IMG/VR virus record: IMGVR_UViG_3300029544_000195
Length of the DNA: 64,000 nt
DNA from: a virus
Reading direction: 5' to 3' (one strand)
Both the position numbers and the translations under genes were made by a program. Under the pieces are notes generated by a model, which was given only the letters and a program-made list of their open reading frames with translations, was not told where the DNA came from and did no database searches. Below, piece after piece: positions 17,605 through 25,839 of the stretch; within the stretch, counting starts at the first letter, position 1; every line of letters starts with the position of its first letter.

Positions 17605-19476
17605 ATGATTAGTTTGCAGATGGGTGTTATCCCTAACTTGGATATTTTGAGTAAATTGTCAGATATTAACAAAAGAAAAAACTGCTCAGAAAAAATAAAA
17701 AAATATTTGAATGCTGAATTGTCGGAGAGCGAAATGCTAATTGATTGGTCAAAAGCAGGACGGGATTATGATTTAATTCCATGGGCTGATAATAATGATT
17801 ATTTATCCTTATGGGAAGAGCGTCATGCACAGAATGAGTATTATTTAGATGACAAACATATTCTTGGTTCAATGGTTGCTTTTGAAGTTATTGTGGGATA
17901 TGAAAAAGAATTGGAAATGGACATTGAGAAGTGGGGACGTATTCAGTATGATTGGTTTTGTGAAGAATTTTCAGAAGAAAATGTTTTATCGGCAATGCTG
18001 CATTTAGATAGCGAAGCTTATCCTCATTGTCATTTTTTAATTTACTATACGACAAAAGAAGGCGTTATTACAGAATCTCCTTATATTGAGCAGGGAAAAG
18101 TAAGTGCGCAATTTCTTGCTAAATATGAAGATGCAATGAAAAAATTTCAGTTAGACGCTATAACTAGAGAAAAATTGGCAAATTCAATAAAATCAAATGA
18201 GCCTGAGAATAATTCGGATTTTTATTTAGCAACAATTGACCGTTATATATCTGAAAATCCAAGAAGCGCTATTGATGACCAGGAGTATATTTATGACACG
18301 GTGGGCCAGTTGTCGCAAATAGCTTCTGCGTTAAGTATAGAACGACAAGAAGAACTTTTAACAGATTTAATTCACTATTTTATGCGTGTAGAGAAAAATA
18401 CGTTAAAGCAAGCGCAAAAAGGGATTCTTCTAAAAGAAAGCTTCTTTAAAGAGGTGAAAAAACGCTTAAAACAATTAGGGGTTGAAAAGTCAGAAGAAGT
18501 AGATATTATGCTGAAAAGAATTGATAGTGCTATTTATGGTAATTACATTCTTGACCCATTATTAAATGACGAATCTATTTCAGATATTAAAGTAATTGCG
18601 CCAGACAAAATTCGAGTTAAGAGATATGGCCGGCGCTTAACGTCTAATCTACATTTTCGGGGAATTGATGATTATTACCGTTTTTTAAATGGAATTGCGA
18701 TTCGCAATAACACAGATTTAAGCCCTTTTAATGCTGTCCAAAATTTTACAGATAAGTTTTCTAATGATAAGTGCATTATGCGTATTGATATTTGTACAAC
18801 TTTTGTGAATTCAGTGGGGTGGCCGTATTTACATATTCGCAAGGTGCCAAAGAAAAAATATACAATAGAAGATTTAATGAATTTTGGAATGCTTGATGTC
18901 AAAACAGCAGCTTACTTAATTGATAAAGTGAAAAACGGAAAAGGAATATTATTTACAGGAAAAGGTGCATCTGGTAAAACGACTTTGATGAATACGTTAC
19001 TTGATTTGATTTCCTATAACAATTCAGGCCTGGTTATTCAGGAAAACGAAGAATTGTTTTCTAATAAACATCCAGATTTAATGTTTCAGCATGTTGTTAC
19101 TAGCCGCCGGCAGAACGAAATTCAATTTGACCTAAAAGATTTAGCGCGAAATGGCTTGTTGACAGATTTGGATTATTTTGTTATCGGGGAAATCAAGGGT
19201 GGAGAAGCATTTTATTTTTTAAATGCGGCATACACCGGGCACAAATGCTGGGCTTCTTGTCATGGGGCTTCCTCTACGGAGGCAATTAATAAATTAGCGG
19301 ATTATGTCACCTATGAATCCGGGTATTCGCAGGCAGAAGCGAAAAAAATGCTTCAATCACTGGAAACTATTGTGTTTATGAAAAACTTTAAGGTGACAGA
19401 GATTTCAGAAATTACCGGTTGGAACGAAGAAAAGAAAGACTTAACATATCGGGCAATTTATCGTGGAATTGGGTGA
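17605..19476 (+). CDS. CpaF/VirB11/TadA-family secretion ATPase (type II/IV secretion NTPase)
   Basis: LDPLLNDESISDIKV...PDKIRVKRYGRR...GILFTGKGASGKTTLMNTL...VIGEIKGGEA...AYTGHKCWASCHGASSTEAINKL follows the CpaF/VirB11 motif order (Walker A, Asp box, His box). Confidence 0.7.
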   Translation: MISLQMGVIPNLDILSKLSDINKRKNCSEKIKKYLNAELSESEMLIDWSKAGRDYDLIPWADNNDYLSLWEERHAQNEYYLDDKHILGSMVAFEVIVGYEKELEMDIEKWGRIQYDWFCEEFSEENVLSAMLHLDSEAYPHCHFLIYYTTKEGVITESPYIEQGKVSAQFLAKYEDAMKKFQLDAITREKLANSIKSNEPENNSDFYLATIDRYISENPRSAIDDQEYIYDTVGQLSQIASALSIERQEELLTDLIHYFMRVEKNTLKQAQKGILLKESFFKEVKKRLKQLGVEKSEEVDIMLKRIDSAIYGNYILDPLLNDESISDIKVIAPDKIRVKRYGRRLTSNLHFRGIDDYYRFLNGIAIRNNTDLSPFNAVQNFTDKFSNDKCIMRIDICTTFVNSVGWPYLHIRKVPKKKYTIEDLMNFGMLDVKTAAYLIDKVKNGKGILFTGKGASGKTTLMNTLLDLISYNNSGLVIQENEELFSNKHPDLMFQHVVTSRRQNEIQFDLKDLARNGLLTDLDYFVIGEIKGGEAFYFLNAAYTGHKCWASCHGASSTEAINKLADYVTYESGYSQAEAKKMLQSLETIVFMKNFKVTEISEITGWNEEKKDLTYRAIYRGIG

Positions 19477-19485
19477 TTTTTGTTA

Positions 19486-19524
19486 TAATATGGTTTTTGT
19501 TTTTCTGAAAAACAGACATATTAA
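19486..19524 (+). promoter_or_regulatory. bipartite phage promoter (ATAATATGGTTTTT ... GAAAAACAGACATATTAAAT)
   Basis: Paralog of 6841-6878. Confidence 0.5.
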
Positions 19525-19553
19525 ATATATAAACATAGGAGGTTAAGTTTAAT

Positions 19554-19811
19554 ATGACTATTACAGAAAAAGAGTTTACTAAGATGGAACGGGCAATCCA
19601 AAATTGTGATTACGACCTTGATGGATGGTTCCCGTCTATTGATGATTTAGATAGATTTGTTTATCCAAACAAAGAAAAATATTTTGTTTTTATTCTGTTC
19701 TTGTTAGAAAAGTCAAAAACTATGTCTTTAACGTCAGAGCAGCAGGAAGCGAAAAAAGAATTACAAAAAATTGCCTATGAATTGGAAATTAAGGAAGGTG
19801 ATGGCCCATGA
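19554..19811 (+). CDS. hypothetical protein (85 aa)
   Basis: AGGAGGT RBS. Confidence 0.4.
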   Translation: MTITEKEFTKMERAIQNCDYDLDGWFPSIDDLDRFVYPNKEKYFVFILFLLEKSKTMSLTSEQQEAKKELQKIAYELEIKEGDGP

Positions 19812-20341
19812 CAGGGAAACTGCATCGTTTTGGAGGGGCGTGTTCAGGCATTATTACGACTGCTGCATTATGCTCACAGCTTCCTCAAACCACAAATGGA
19901 AACATGCTTTTAGCAATGAGCGGAGCCTTATTGGGCGGAATTGGAGGACTGCTGCCGGATATTGATACCCCACATTCTATAATCAGCCTTAAACATCCGA
20001 TTGTTTCATGGGTTGTTTGTAAATTTACAGAACATCGTATGGCTATCCATACTTTGATAATTCCGATGTTTTTGGCAGTTCTTACATCGGTGCTTTACTC
20101 CGTTCAATTTGACGCCTTTGTATTAAGTGCAAGTTTATTAAGTGGATTTGTATTTCATTTGATTCAGGACACATGCACGAGAGGAGGTATTGCATGGGGC
20201 TATCCTTTTGTAAAAGAAAAGTATTCTATGCGTAATACTTATAGCGGAGCTCCGGGGGATATATTGGTAACAATAGTATTGATTATGTTACAATATGCAT
20301 TTTTCGTTCAATTATTCATGTTATATGATTTTTTGAAATAA
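19808..20341 (+). CDS. membrane-bound metal-dependent hydrolase, YdjM/DUF457-like
   Basis: 4 TM segments. Conserved His/Asp positions (PDIDTPHS, HRMAIHTL, QDTCTRGG). ATGA overlap with the upstream gene. Confidence 0.4.
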   Translation: MTGKLHRFGGACSGIITTAALCSQLPQTTNGNMLLAMSGALLGGIGGLLPDIDTPHSIISLKHPIVSWVVCKFTEHRMAIHTLIIPMFLAVLTSVLYSVQFDAFVLSASLLSGFVFHLIQDTCTRGGIAWGYPFVKEKYSMRNTYSGAPGDILVTIVLIMLQYAFFVQLFMLYDFLK

Positions 20342-20343
20342 AA

Positions 20344-20354
20344 CAGACATATTA
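20344..20354 (+). promoter_or_regulatory. phage promoter motif
   Basis: AAACAGACATATTAAAA. Confidence 0.45.
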
Positions 20355-20402
20355 AAATTAGAACAGCTTAAAGCTGAACAATTTACAAGGAGGTACACAA
20401 AT

Positions 20403-20756
20403 ATGTGTAAAAAAGTAGGTGGCAGAGTGCCGCGATTTAATGTTGATAAAGAAAAAGGAGTTGTCGTAGCGTATCTTGACAATTGTATGTTTGATGCTAT
20501 TGATACAATTTGCGGCAGAACAGAGCTTGGCTGTTTAGGTGCAGACTTTTTTGAGGATGCCTCAATTCGCACAGCTCTTATGATGAATTCTTATCGCGGA
20601 AAAGCGAAATTACATCCCGGCGATGTATTTAATGAACAAAAAGGCAAGGAAATTGCTTTGAAAAAATTGCAGGAGAAGTACAATGCTTCAAAGAGAAAAG
20701 CAATTAAAAGATTTCTTTCTCGTTGGAATCACATTTTGCTTAACGGTTGCGAGTAA
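20403..20756 (+). CDS. hypothetical protein (117 aa)
   Basis: AAGGAGGT RBS. Confidence 0.4.
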   Translation: MCKKVGGRVPRFNVDKEKGVVVAYLDNCMFDAIDTICGRTELGCLGADFFEDASIRTALMMNSYRGKAKLHPGDVFNEQKGKEIALKKLQEKYNASKRKAIKRFLSRWNHILLNGCE

Positions 20757-20764
20757 ACAATTAA

Positions 20765-20800
20765 GTGGTAGCTTTTGCTGCCACTTTTTTTTATTGCCTA
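20765..20800 (+). terminator. rho-independent terminator
   Basis: GTGGTAGCttttGCTGCCACtttttttt. Confidence 0.5.
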
Positions 20801-20807
20801 TAGCAAA

Positions 20808-20875
20808 CAGACATATTATAAGTATATTAATTAAACAAATTGGAGAATGTTCAGAGACCGCAAGGTCTCTTTTAT
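20808..20875 (+). ncRNA. candidate promoter-to-terminator mini transcription unit (~40-50 nt sRNA or leader)
   Basis: Motif copy at 20808-20818. It is followed within ~35 nt by hairpin GAGACCgcaaGGTCTCtttt (20855-20875) with no ORF between. Confidence 0.25.
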
Positions 20876-20939
20876 AATAAATATATAATTTAATAAGGAG
20901 GAATTGCATTTAAAATTCAAATTTTAGGAGGACAAAATA

Positions 20940-21080
20940 ATGGCAAAAGGGAAATCAAGATGGAAGAACTTACCGCCCAATGAACGATTTGCAAAAAAGT
21001 TGCAGCAACGCGGGGTGTCGGATGAAACATGTGAAATTATTCGGCAACATGGTGATGCAAGCAAGGAAACGGAGGAATAA
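20940..21080 (+). CDS. hypothetical small protein (46 aa)
   Basis: TAGGAGGA RBS. Hand-translated. Confidence 0.3.
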   Translation: MAKGKSRWKNLPPNERFAKKLQQRGVSDETCEIIRQHGDASKETEE

Positions 21081-21083
21081 AAT

Positions 21084-21185
21084 ATGGCAAAAAAAGTTAT
21101 GGTATTTTTTCTTGCATTTGGAATTGTCGCAAGTGTAAGTTATTTATCTATGTTTATTGCTCCGGAGATTGTGTGGGCGATTTAA
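21084..21185 (+). CDS. hypothetical small membrane peptide (33 aa)
   Basis: ACGGAGGA RBS. Single hydrophobic helix. Confidence 0.25.
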   Translation: MAKKVMVFFLAFGIVASVSYLSMFIAPEIVWAI

Positions 21186-21367
21186 GAAGGGAAAAGCTAA
21201 AAGAGGAGAACAAAAAGAGGAAAGAGCAGCCTCTTAAAATATTGCGTTTATAATAAATGGAGATATTAGTGTTTGAATTAGTTAGGACTTTAGGATATGA
21301 TAAGATTATTTTTGGAAAGAGGAGAAAATTCAAGCAAATATATCAAATAGATTATATATTTATTCCA

Positions 21368-21395
21368 GGCATCCCAGAAGGGGTGCCTTTTTTGG
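21368..21395 (+). terminator. rho-independent terminator
   Basis: GGCATCCCagaaGGGGTGCCttttttgg. Confidence 0.55.
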
Positions 21396-21415
21396 TTAGA
21401 AAAATTACTTTATAA

Positions 21416-21426
21416 CAGACATATTA
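21416..21426 (+). promoter_or_regulatory. phage promoter motif
   Basis: ATAACAGACATATTAAAA. Confidence 0.45.
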
Positions 21427-21457
21427 AAATAAATAATAGAAAGGAGTTTATCACTCA

Positions 21458-22045
21458 ATGTTCAAAAAAATAATAAATAATTTTTGCAAAGACAGATATT
21501 TTATATTTTCAGTATGTTTATGTTTGATTAGTCTGATTAGTATATGCATACGCATAATTCCAATAAGTATGCCTTTAATAACAAAGATGTTGTTGATTTG
21601 TCCAATAATATCAATCTTTGTCTTTTTATTGTTTACTTCAATAAAAGACGCACACATGAAAGATATTGCAAATTGGCAAGGTATTTTATTTATTTGTATT
21701 GGCATTATTTTATATACAATTCGAATTATTGTGATGAAGACGTCTTTTGTGGATGTACAAGAAGAAACTTTTTCCATGATATTTTTCTTTTTAGGTATTA
21801 TGCTTCTAGGCCGATTTCGAAAATGGAATAAAAAAGCATCATTTCTTTGCGTAGGGGTTGCTATTCATTATTTAGCGGTCTTTGGTAAAATTTATTTTTT
21901 TATATTGCTTATAACTATATTGACAGCGTGTGTTTGTTTTTTCTTATATAGTATTGTTTGTTATATGAGGAAAAGTGACAAATCTAAGGCCCTAATTCCC
22001 TATTTATATGTTAGCTGCTGCATCATATTAAGTATTCTTATATGA
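21458..22045 (+). CDS. polytopic membrane protein (195 aa)
   Basis: GAAAGGAG RBS. 5-6 hydrophobic helices. Confidence 0.45.
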   Translation: MFKKIINNFCKDRYFIFSVCLCLISLISICIRIIPISMPLITKMLLICPIISIFVFLLFTSIKDAHMKDIANWQGILFICIGIILYTIRIIVMKTSFVDVQEETFSMIFFFLGIMLLGRFRKWNKKASFLCVGVAIHYLAVFGKIYFFILLITILTACVCFFLYSIVCYMRKSDKSKALIPYLYVSCCIILSILI

Positions 22046-22060
22046 TTTTTTGAATTTTAA

Positions 22061-22071
22061 CAGACATATTA
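22061..22071 (+). promoter_or_regulatory. phage promoter motif
   Basis: TTAACAGACATATTAAAA. Confidence 0.45.
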
Positions 22072-22104
22072 AAAATGATTATGTTAAGGAGGTGCAAATT
22101 ATGC

Positions 22105-22668
22105 ATGAAAAATATTAAAGATATTGCATTAAACATTATTAAGGATAAATATGCAAAAGATTTTCAATATTCACTAGGTGAAGATGTATTTGAGCATTGC
22201 AACCGGACGTGCAATATTGCTTTGCAAATAGCTGAAGTATATGGATTTAATTTGCAACAAAAAATTGATTTAGCAGCAGGAGCTTTATTACATGATATTG
22301 GAAAATCTTATGTAAATCAAGACGTACTTAATAAAGCCAAAAAATTAACTCAGGATGATAGAACCTTAATTGAGTGTCATCCCCAGTACGGCTTTTGGGT
22401 ATTAAAGCAATTGGACTTTAATCGTACAGTTGTAGATATTGTATATCATCATCATGAACGGCTAGATGGAAGTGGATATCCACAAAAATTACGAGGACAT
22501 AAAATTGATATATTAACTCAAATAGTGAGCGTAGCTGATGTTTATGAAGCGTTGACTGCAGACCGCGTATATCATAAAAAACGGTCAAAAGAAGAAGCTC
22601 TTAAAATTATGAAGTCGGATAAAGGGCTGAACCAAGTTGCAGTTGATATATTAACTGAATGTTGTTAA
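22105..22668 (+). CDS. stand-alone HD-GYP domain phosphodiesterase (~187 aa)
   Basis: LLHDIGKSYV (HD) and HHHERLDGSGYPQKL (canonical HD-GYP signature). Start taken at the in-frame ATG 11 nt after AAGGAGG. Confidence 0.7.
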   Translation: MKNIKDIALNIIKDKYAKDFQYSLGEDVFEHCNRTCNIALQIAEVYGFNLQQKIDLAAGALLHDIGKSYVNQDVLNKAKKLTQDDRTLIECHPQYGFWVLKQLDFNRTVVDIVYHHHERLDGSGYPQKLRGHKIDILTQIVSVADVYEALTADRVYHKKRSKEEALKIMKSDKGLNQVAVDILTECC

Positions 22669-22671
22669 AGA

Positions 22672-22698
22672 GGCTTCTAATGAAGCCTTTTTTCTCAT
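22672..22698 (+). terminator. rho-independent terminator
   Basis: AGGCTTCtaatGAAGCCTtttttctc. Confidence 0.55.
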
Positions 22699-22735
22699 AA
22701 TATGATTTTCATTTTGCCTAAAAACAGACATATTA
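22694..22735 (+). promoter_or_regulatory. bipartite phage promoter (CTCATAATATGATTTTC ... AAAAACAGACATATTAATAG)
   Basis: Bipartite consensus. Confidence 0.5.
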
Positions 22736-22797
22736 ATAGTGTCACGATAATAAAAGGAGACTATTAATAATATCACAACAACAAAAGGAGGATTTTT

Positions 22798-23100
22798 ATG
22801 AAAAAATATATTTTAATGATAGCTCTTGTAATTATGGCATTGCCATTTAATTATGCAAAGGCAGAAACTACAATGCAACCTGCAAGTCAATATGAATACA
22901 ATGTTGAAAGTGCAACAGATAGTGCCGCAACAATTGCGAGCTCAACGCCAAAAGCAACTTTAAGTCCTGAAGAAGAATTTAAAGAAATTGGAGCTGATGT
23001 GGCAAAAAACAATAAATATAATGCATTAGTTCTTATTGTTTTATTTGTTGCGTTGGCAGCTATTGTAGTTAAAAATAACAAAATTAAGAAAAGAAAGTAG
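22798..23100 (+). CDS. small secreted/membrane-anchored protein (signal peptide + C-terminal TM + basic tail)
   Basis: AAAGGAGGA RBS. MKKYILMIALVIMALPF signal. C-terminal hydrophobic stretch then KNNKIKKRK. Confidence 0.45.
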   Translation: MKKYILMIALVIMALPFNYAKAETTMQPASQYEYNVESATDSAATIASSTPKATLSPEEEFKEIGADVAKNNKYNALVLIVLFVALAAIVVKNNKIKKRK

Positions 23101-23107
23101 GTAAACT

Positions 23108-24976
23108 ATGAGTTTTAACAAAGAACAAAAAGCAGCTATCAATCATAAAGATGGGCCGTTAATTGTAGTAGCCGGACCGGGCTCCGGGAAAACCACAGTT
23201 GTGGTAAATCGAACGGCTAAATTAATTGAAAAAGGCGTAAATCCATATAATATATTAGTCATTACATTTACGAAAGCCGCTGCCAAAGAAATGCAGATGA
23301 GATATGAGGCTTTAACTCAATGCGAAACACCGGGTGTTACTTTTGGCACAATTCATTCTGTTGCATTGGCTATATTAACAACTTCTTTTGATTATACATA
23401 TGAGAATGTGTTAACAGAAAGAGACGAATGGAATGTTTTGCGCGAAATCATAAAGAACAACAAAATTTACACAGAAGACATTAATACTTTAATCAAGGAT
23501 TTGGTAAGTGCTATCAGTAATATTAAATCCGGAATGCTTAAACCGCCTTATGACATCGAATGCGGTTGCCGGGAAGAACAGTTGCAATTAATTTTCAATG
23601 AATACTGTAATTATTGTAAACAAAACAAAAAAATTGATTATGATGACATGCAAATTGAGTGCCTAAAATTGCTAAAAGAAAACAAGGACATATTGAATTG
23701 TTGGCGTGAACGATATCAATATATTCAGGTAGATGAGTGCCAAGATGTATGCCATACACAGATGGAGTTGATTGAATTATTGGCGAATCCTCGCAATAAT
23801 TTATGCATTGTTGGAGATGATGACCAATCACTTTATCAATTCAGAGGCGCAAAACCGGAAATTATGTTAGCATTCGAAAAGAAAGCAAATGCTAAAAGAA
23901 TTACACTTGATACAAATTACCGTTCTGGAGAAAAAATTGTGAGTGCTGCTTCTGAATTCATTAAATCAAATTCAAAGCGATTTGATAAAGATTTCAAATC
24001 AGTTCGCGAAAAGGGTTCTATTGAGATTAAGCCCTACCGCACGCCGGAACTCCAAGCTATAGGCGTTATAGGCGATATTAAAAAATTGCTTAATAAAGGC
24101 ACCTCACTAGACGATATTGCTATTATCTATCGCACAAATAAAGAATGTCCTAAAATCGCATCTGTTTTAATGGATGCTGATATTCCGTTTATCGCAAAAA
24201 CAGAAGGTGTTGTCAATTTATTTGAACATTGGATTTTTAAAGACATTGTTCGCTTTCATGAACTCGGAAAAAGTATAAATACTGCTCCGTTTGGTGAAAT
24301 CAAAAAAGCTTTAAAACGTCCAACGCGATACATTCCTAATGAAGCCTTGCAGCAGAGCAAGAGCTTAGATGATTTAGTTGAATGGGGCGTTATGCATCGT
24401 AAACCATACATTGCAAGAAATATTTTTCGGTTTAAACAGGATATAAAAACCATGAGCCGTATGAAATTACAAAGCTTTTTGGATTATTTAATCAATCACA
24501 TGGATTATAAAAAGGCCTTGCTTGATTTTGCGGATTATAACAGGATGAATCCTCAGGAATTAATTGATATTCTGGATGAGATTGTTGATACATCAAAAAC
24601 ATTTGATTCTTTCGATGAATGGGTTGAATATGCAAAAGATTACACGTTTACTCTAAAAAAGAGTATTGATGAGACAAAAGAGGGCATCTATTTGATGACA
24701 ATGCACGGCTCTAAAGGCTTAGAATTTAAGCATGTATTCATTATTAACGCTAATGAAGGCTTTACGCCATACTCACACAAAGGCGAAATTAATGACATTG
24801 AAGAAGAACGCCGGATGTTCTATGTGGCTATGACAAGAGCAAAGGATTTTTTACATATCTCGTATACAAACCGTTCAAGAGGAAAGAAGATGCGAGAATC
24901 AAGATTCGTAACTGAATTGGCCGCTGTTATGGATAAGCAAATTACAGACAAAGCACTTTTAAACAAAAAGGAGTGA
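23108..24976 (+). CDS. UvrD/PcrA/Rep-family DNA helicase (SF1A)
   Basis: Walker A VVAGPGSGKTTVV. ILVITFTKAAAKEM. Motif III IVGDDDQSLYQFRGA. YRSGEKIV. C-terminal MTMHGSKGLEFKHVFII and YVAMTRAKDFLHIS. Confidence 0.8.
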   Translation: MSFNKEQKAAINHKDGPLIVVAGPGSGKTTVVVNRTAKLIEKGVNPYNILVITFTKAAAKEMQMRYEALTQCETPGVTFGTIHSVALAILTTSFDYTYENVLTERDEWNVLREIIKNNKIYTEDINTLIKDLVSAISNIKSGMLKPPYDIECGCREEQLQLIFNEYCNYCKQNKKIDYDDMQIECLKLLKENKDILNCWRERYQYIQVDECQDVCHTQMELIELLANPRNNLCIVGDDDQSLYQFRGAKPEIMLAFEKKANAKRITLDTNYRSGEKIVSAASEFIKSNSKRFDKDFKSVREKGSIEIKPYRTPELQAIGVIGDIKKLLNKGTSLDDIAIIYRTNKECPKIASVLMDADIPFIAKTEGVVNLFEHWIFKDIVRFHELGKSINTAPFGEIKKALKRPTRYIPNEALQQSKSLDDLVEWGVMHRKPYIARNIFRFKQDIKTMSRMKLQSFLDYLINHMDYKKALLDFADYNRMNPQELIDILDEIVDTSKTFDSFDEWVEYAKDYTFTLKKSIDETKEGIYLMTMHGSKGLEFKHVFIINANEGFTPYSHKGEINDIEEERRMFYVAMTRAKDFLHISYTNRSRGKKMRESRFVTELAAVMDKQITDKALLNKKE

Positions 24977-25379
24977 TATAAATGATTGGAGTATAAAATG
25001 CAAAATTATAATTGGTGATATTATAGCTCGTCTACCATTTATAGGAAGAAAGAGCAACGAAGGCGCTTGCGTTGAGCAGGCGTCTTTTGTGTTATATAGT
25101 ATTATTTTTTCCTGTTCAAAAAGAAAAAAGTATATATACTTTCTACACAATTGTATATTAGGTTTATACTTAACCATTTTCTCACATCAAATTATACCAT
25201 AATCAGATGTGCCCGCATAAGAAATAACTGCTGTCATTAAGGAAGAAGAGCACCCGGAGATGTAGTTGAAATAAATAAAAAAATATTGGACGAGGAAGAA
25301 TGGCTTAAATCACCTGTGAAATAATCGCTATAATGTTTTTCCATATATAGTAAAAAATATTTCTTTTTTTGAATTGCCT

Positions 25380-25790
25380 GTTTGTGATAATAAATTCCCC
25401 CTCTATGTAGACGTTGAATCGCAATCTGAACCGCCGTCATGGTGGGGAACGATATGATACCGCTATGGTGGGGTAGGGAAATGAGGGTTCCGGTGCCTGC
25501 TTTGAAGATAAACCACTCTATGGTGGGGAAACAAACTTTCTCTGCATTGTGGAGTAGCAAGAATTCCACTATGGTGGAAAGTATTCCCCTTTTTAATAAC
25601 AAAAACGTTATAATACGTTTTCATATATAACAAAAAATACCCAGCATGTCGGGAATAACAATAAACATCATAGTGGGAATAGTTTTTAATTTTTATATCA
25701 TCATGGCGGGATAAATTTCATATATAACAAATTTATATATAACCATTATGGTGGGGTAATATAGCTGCTTTTTCCAAAATGCTTTGCCTT
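25380..25790. repeat. iteron-like repeat field (~8 copies of YATGGTGGGGWA, roughly 11-bp phased) with three copies of TTTTCATATATAACAAAAAAT; candidate replication origin
   Basis: Core copies near 25440, 25462, 25519, 25548(deg), 25579, 25670, 25703, 25748. AT-rich flanks. No credible ORF; the minus ORF 25237-25602 is judged spurious. Confidence 0.45.
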
Positions 25791-25791
25791 A

Positions 25792-25802
25792 CAGACATAT
25801 TA
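25792..25802 (+). promoter_or_regulatory. phage promoter motif
   Basis: TTACAGACATATTAAGAAT. Confidence 0.45.
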
Positions 25803-25839
25803 AGAATGTAATCATTAAATAATAAGGAGGAATTTTCAT

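Noticed and set aside
25237-25630. Track ORFs 25237..25602 (-) and 25439..25630 (+) overlapping the repeat field
   Set aside because: They lie entirely inside the iteron-like repeats and AT-rich region. They have no RBS and the sequence is low-complexity. Judged non-coding.
25380-25790. Possible CRISPR array
   Set aside because: Repeat unit is only ~11 nt with irregular 22-91 bp spacing, and there are no cas genes. It fits iterons, not CRISPR.
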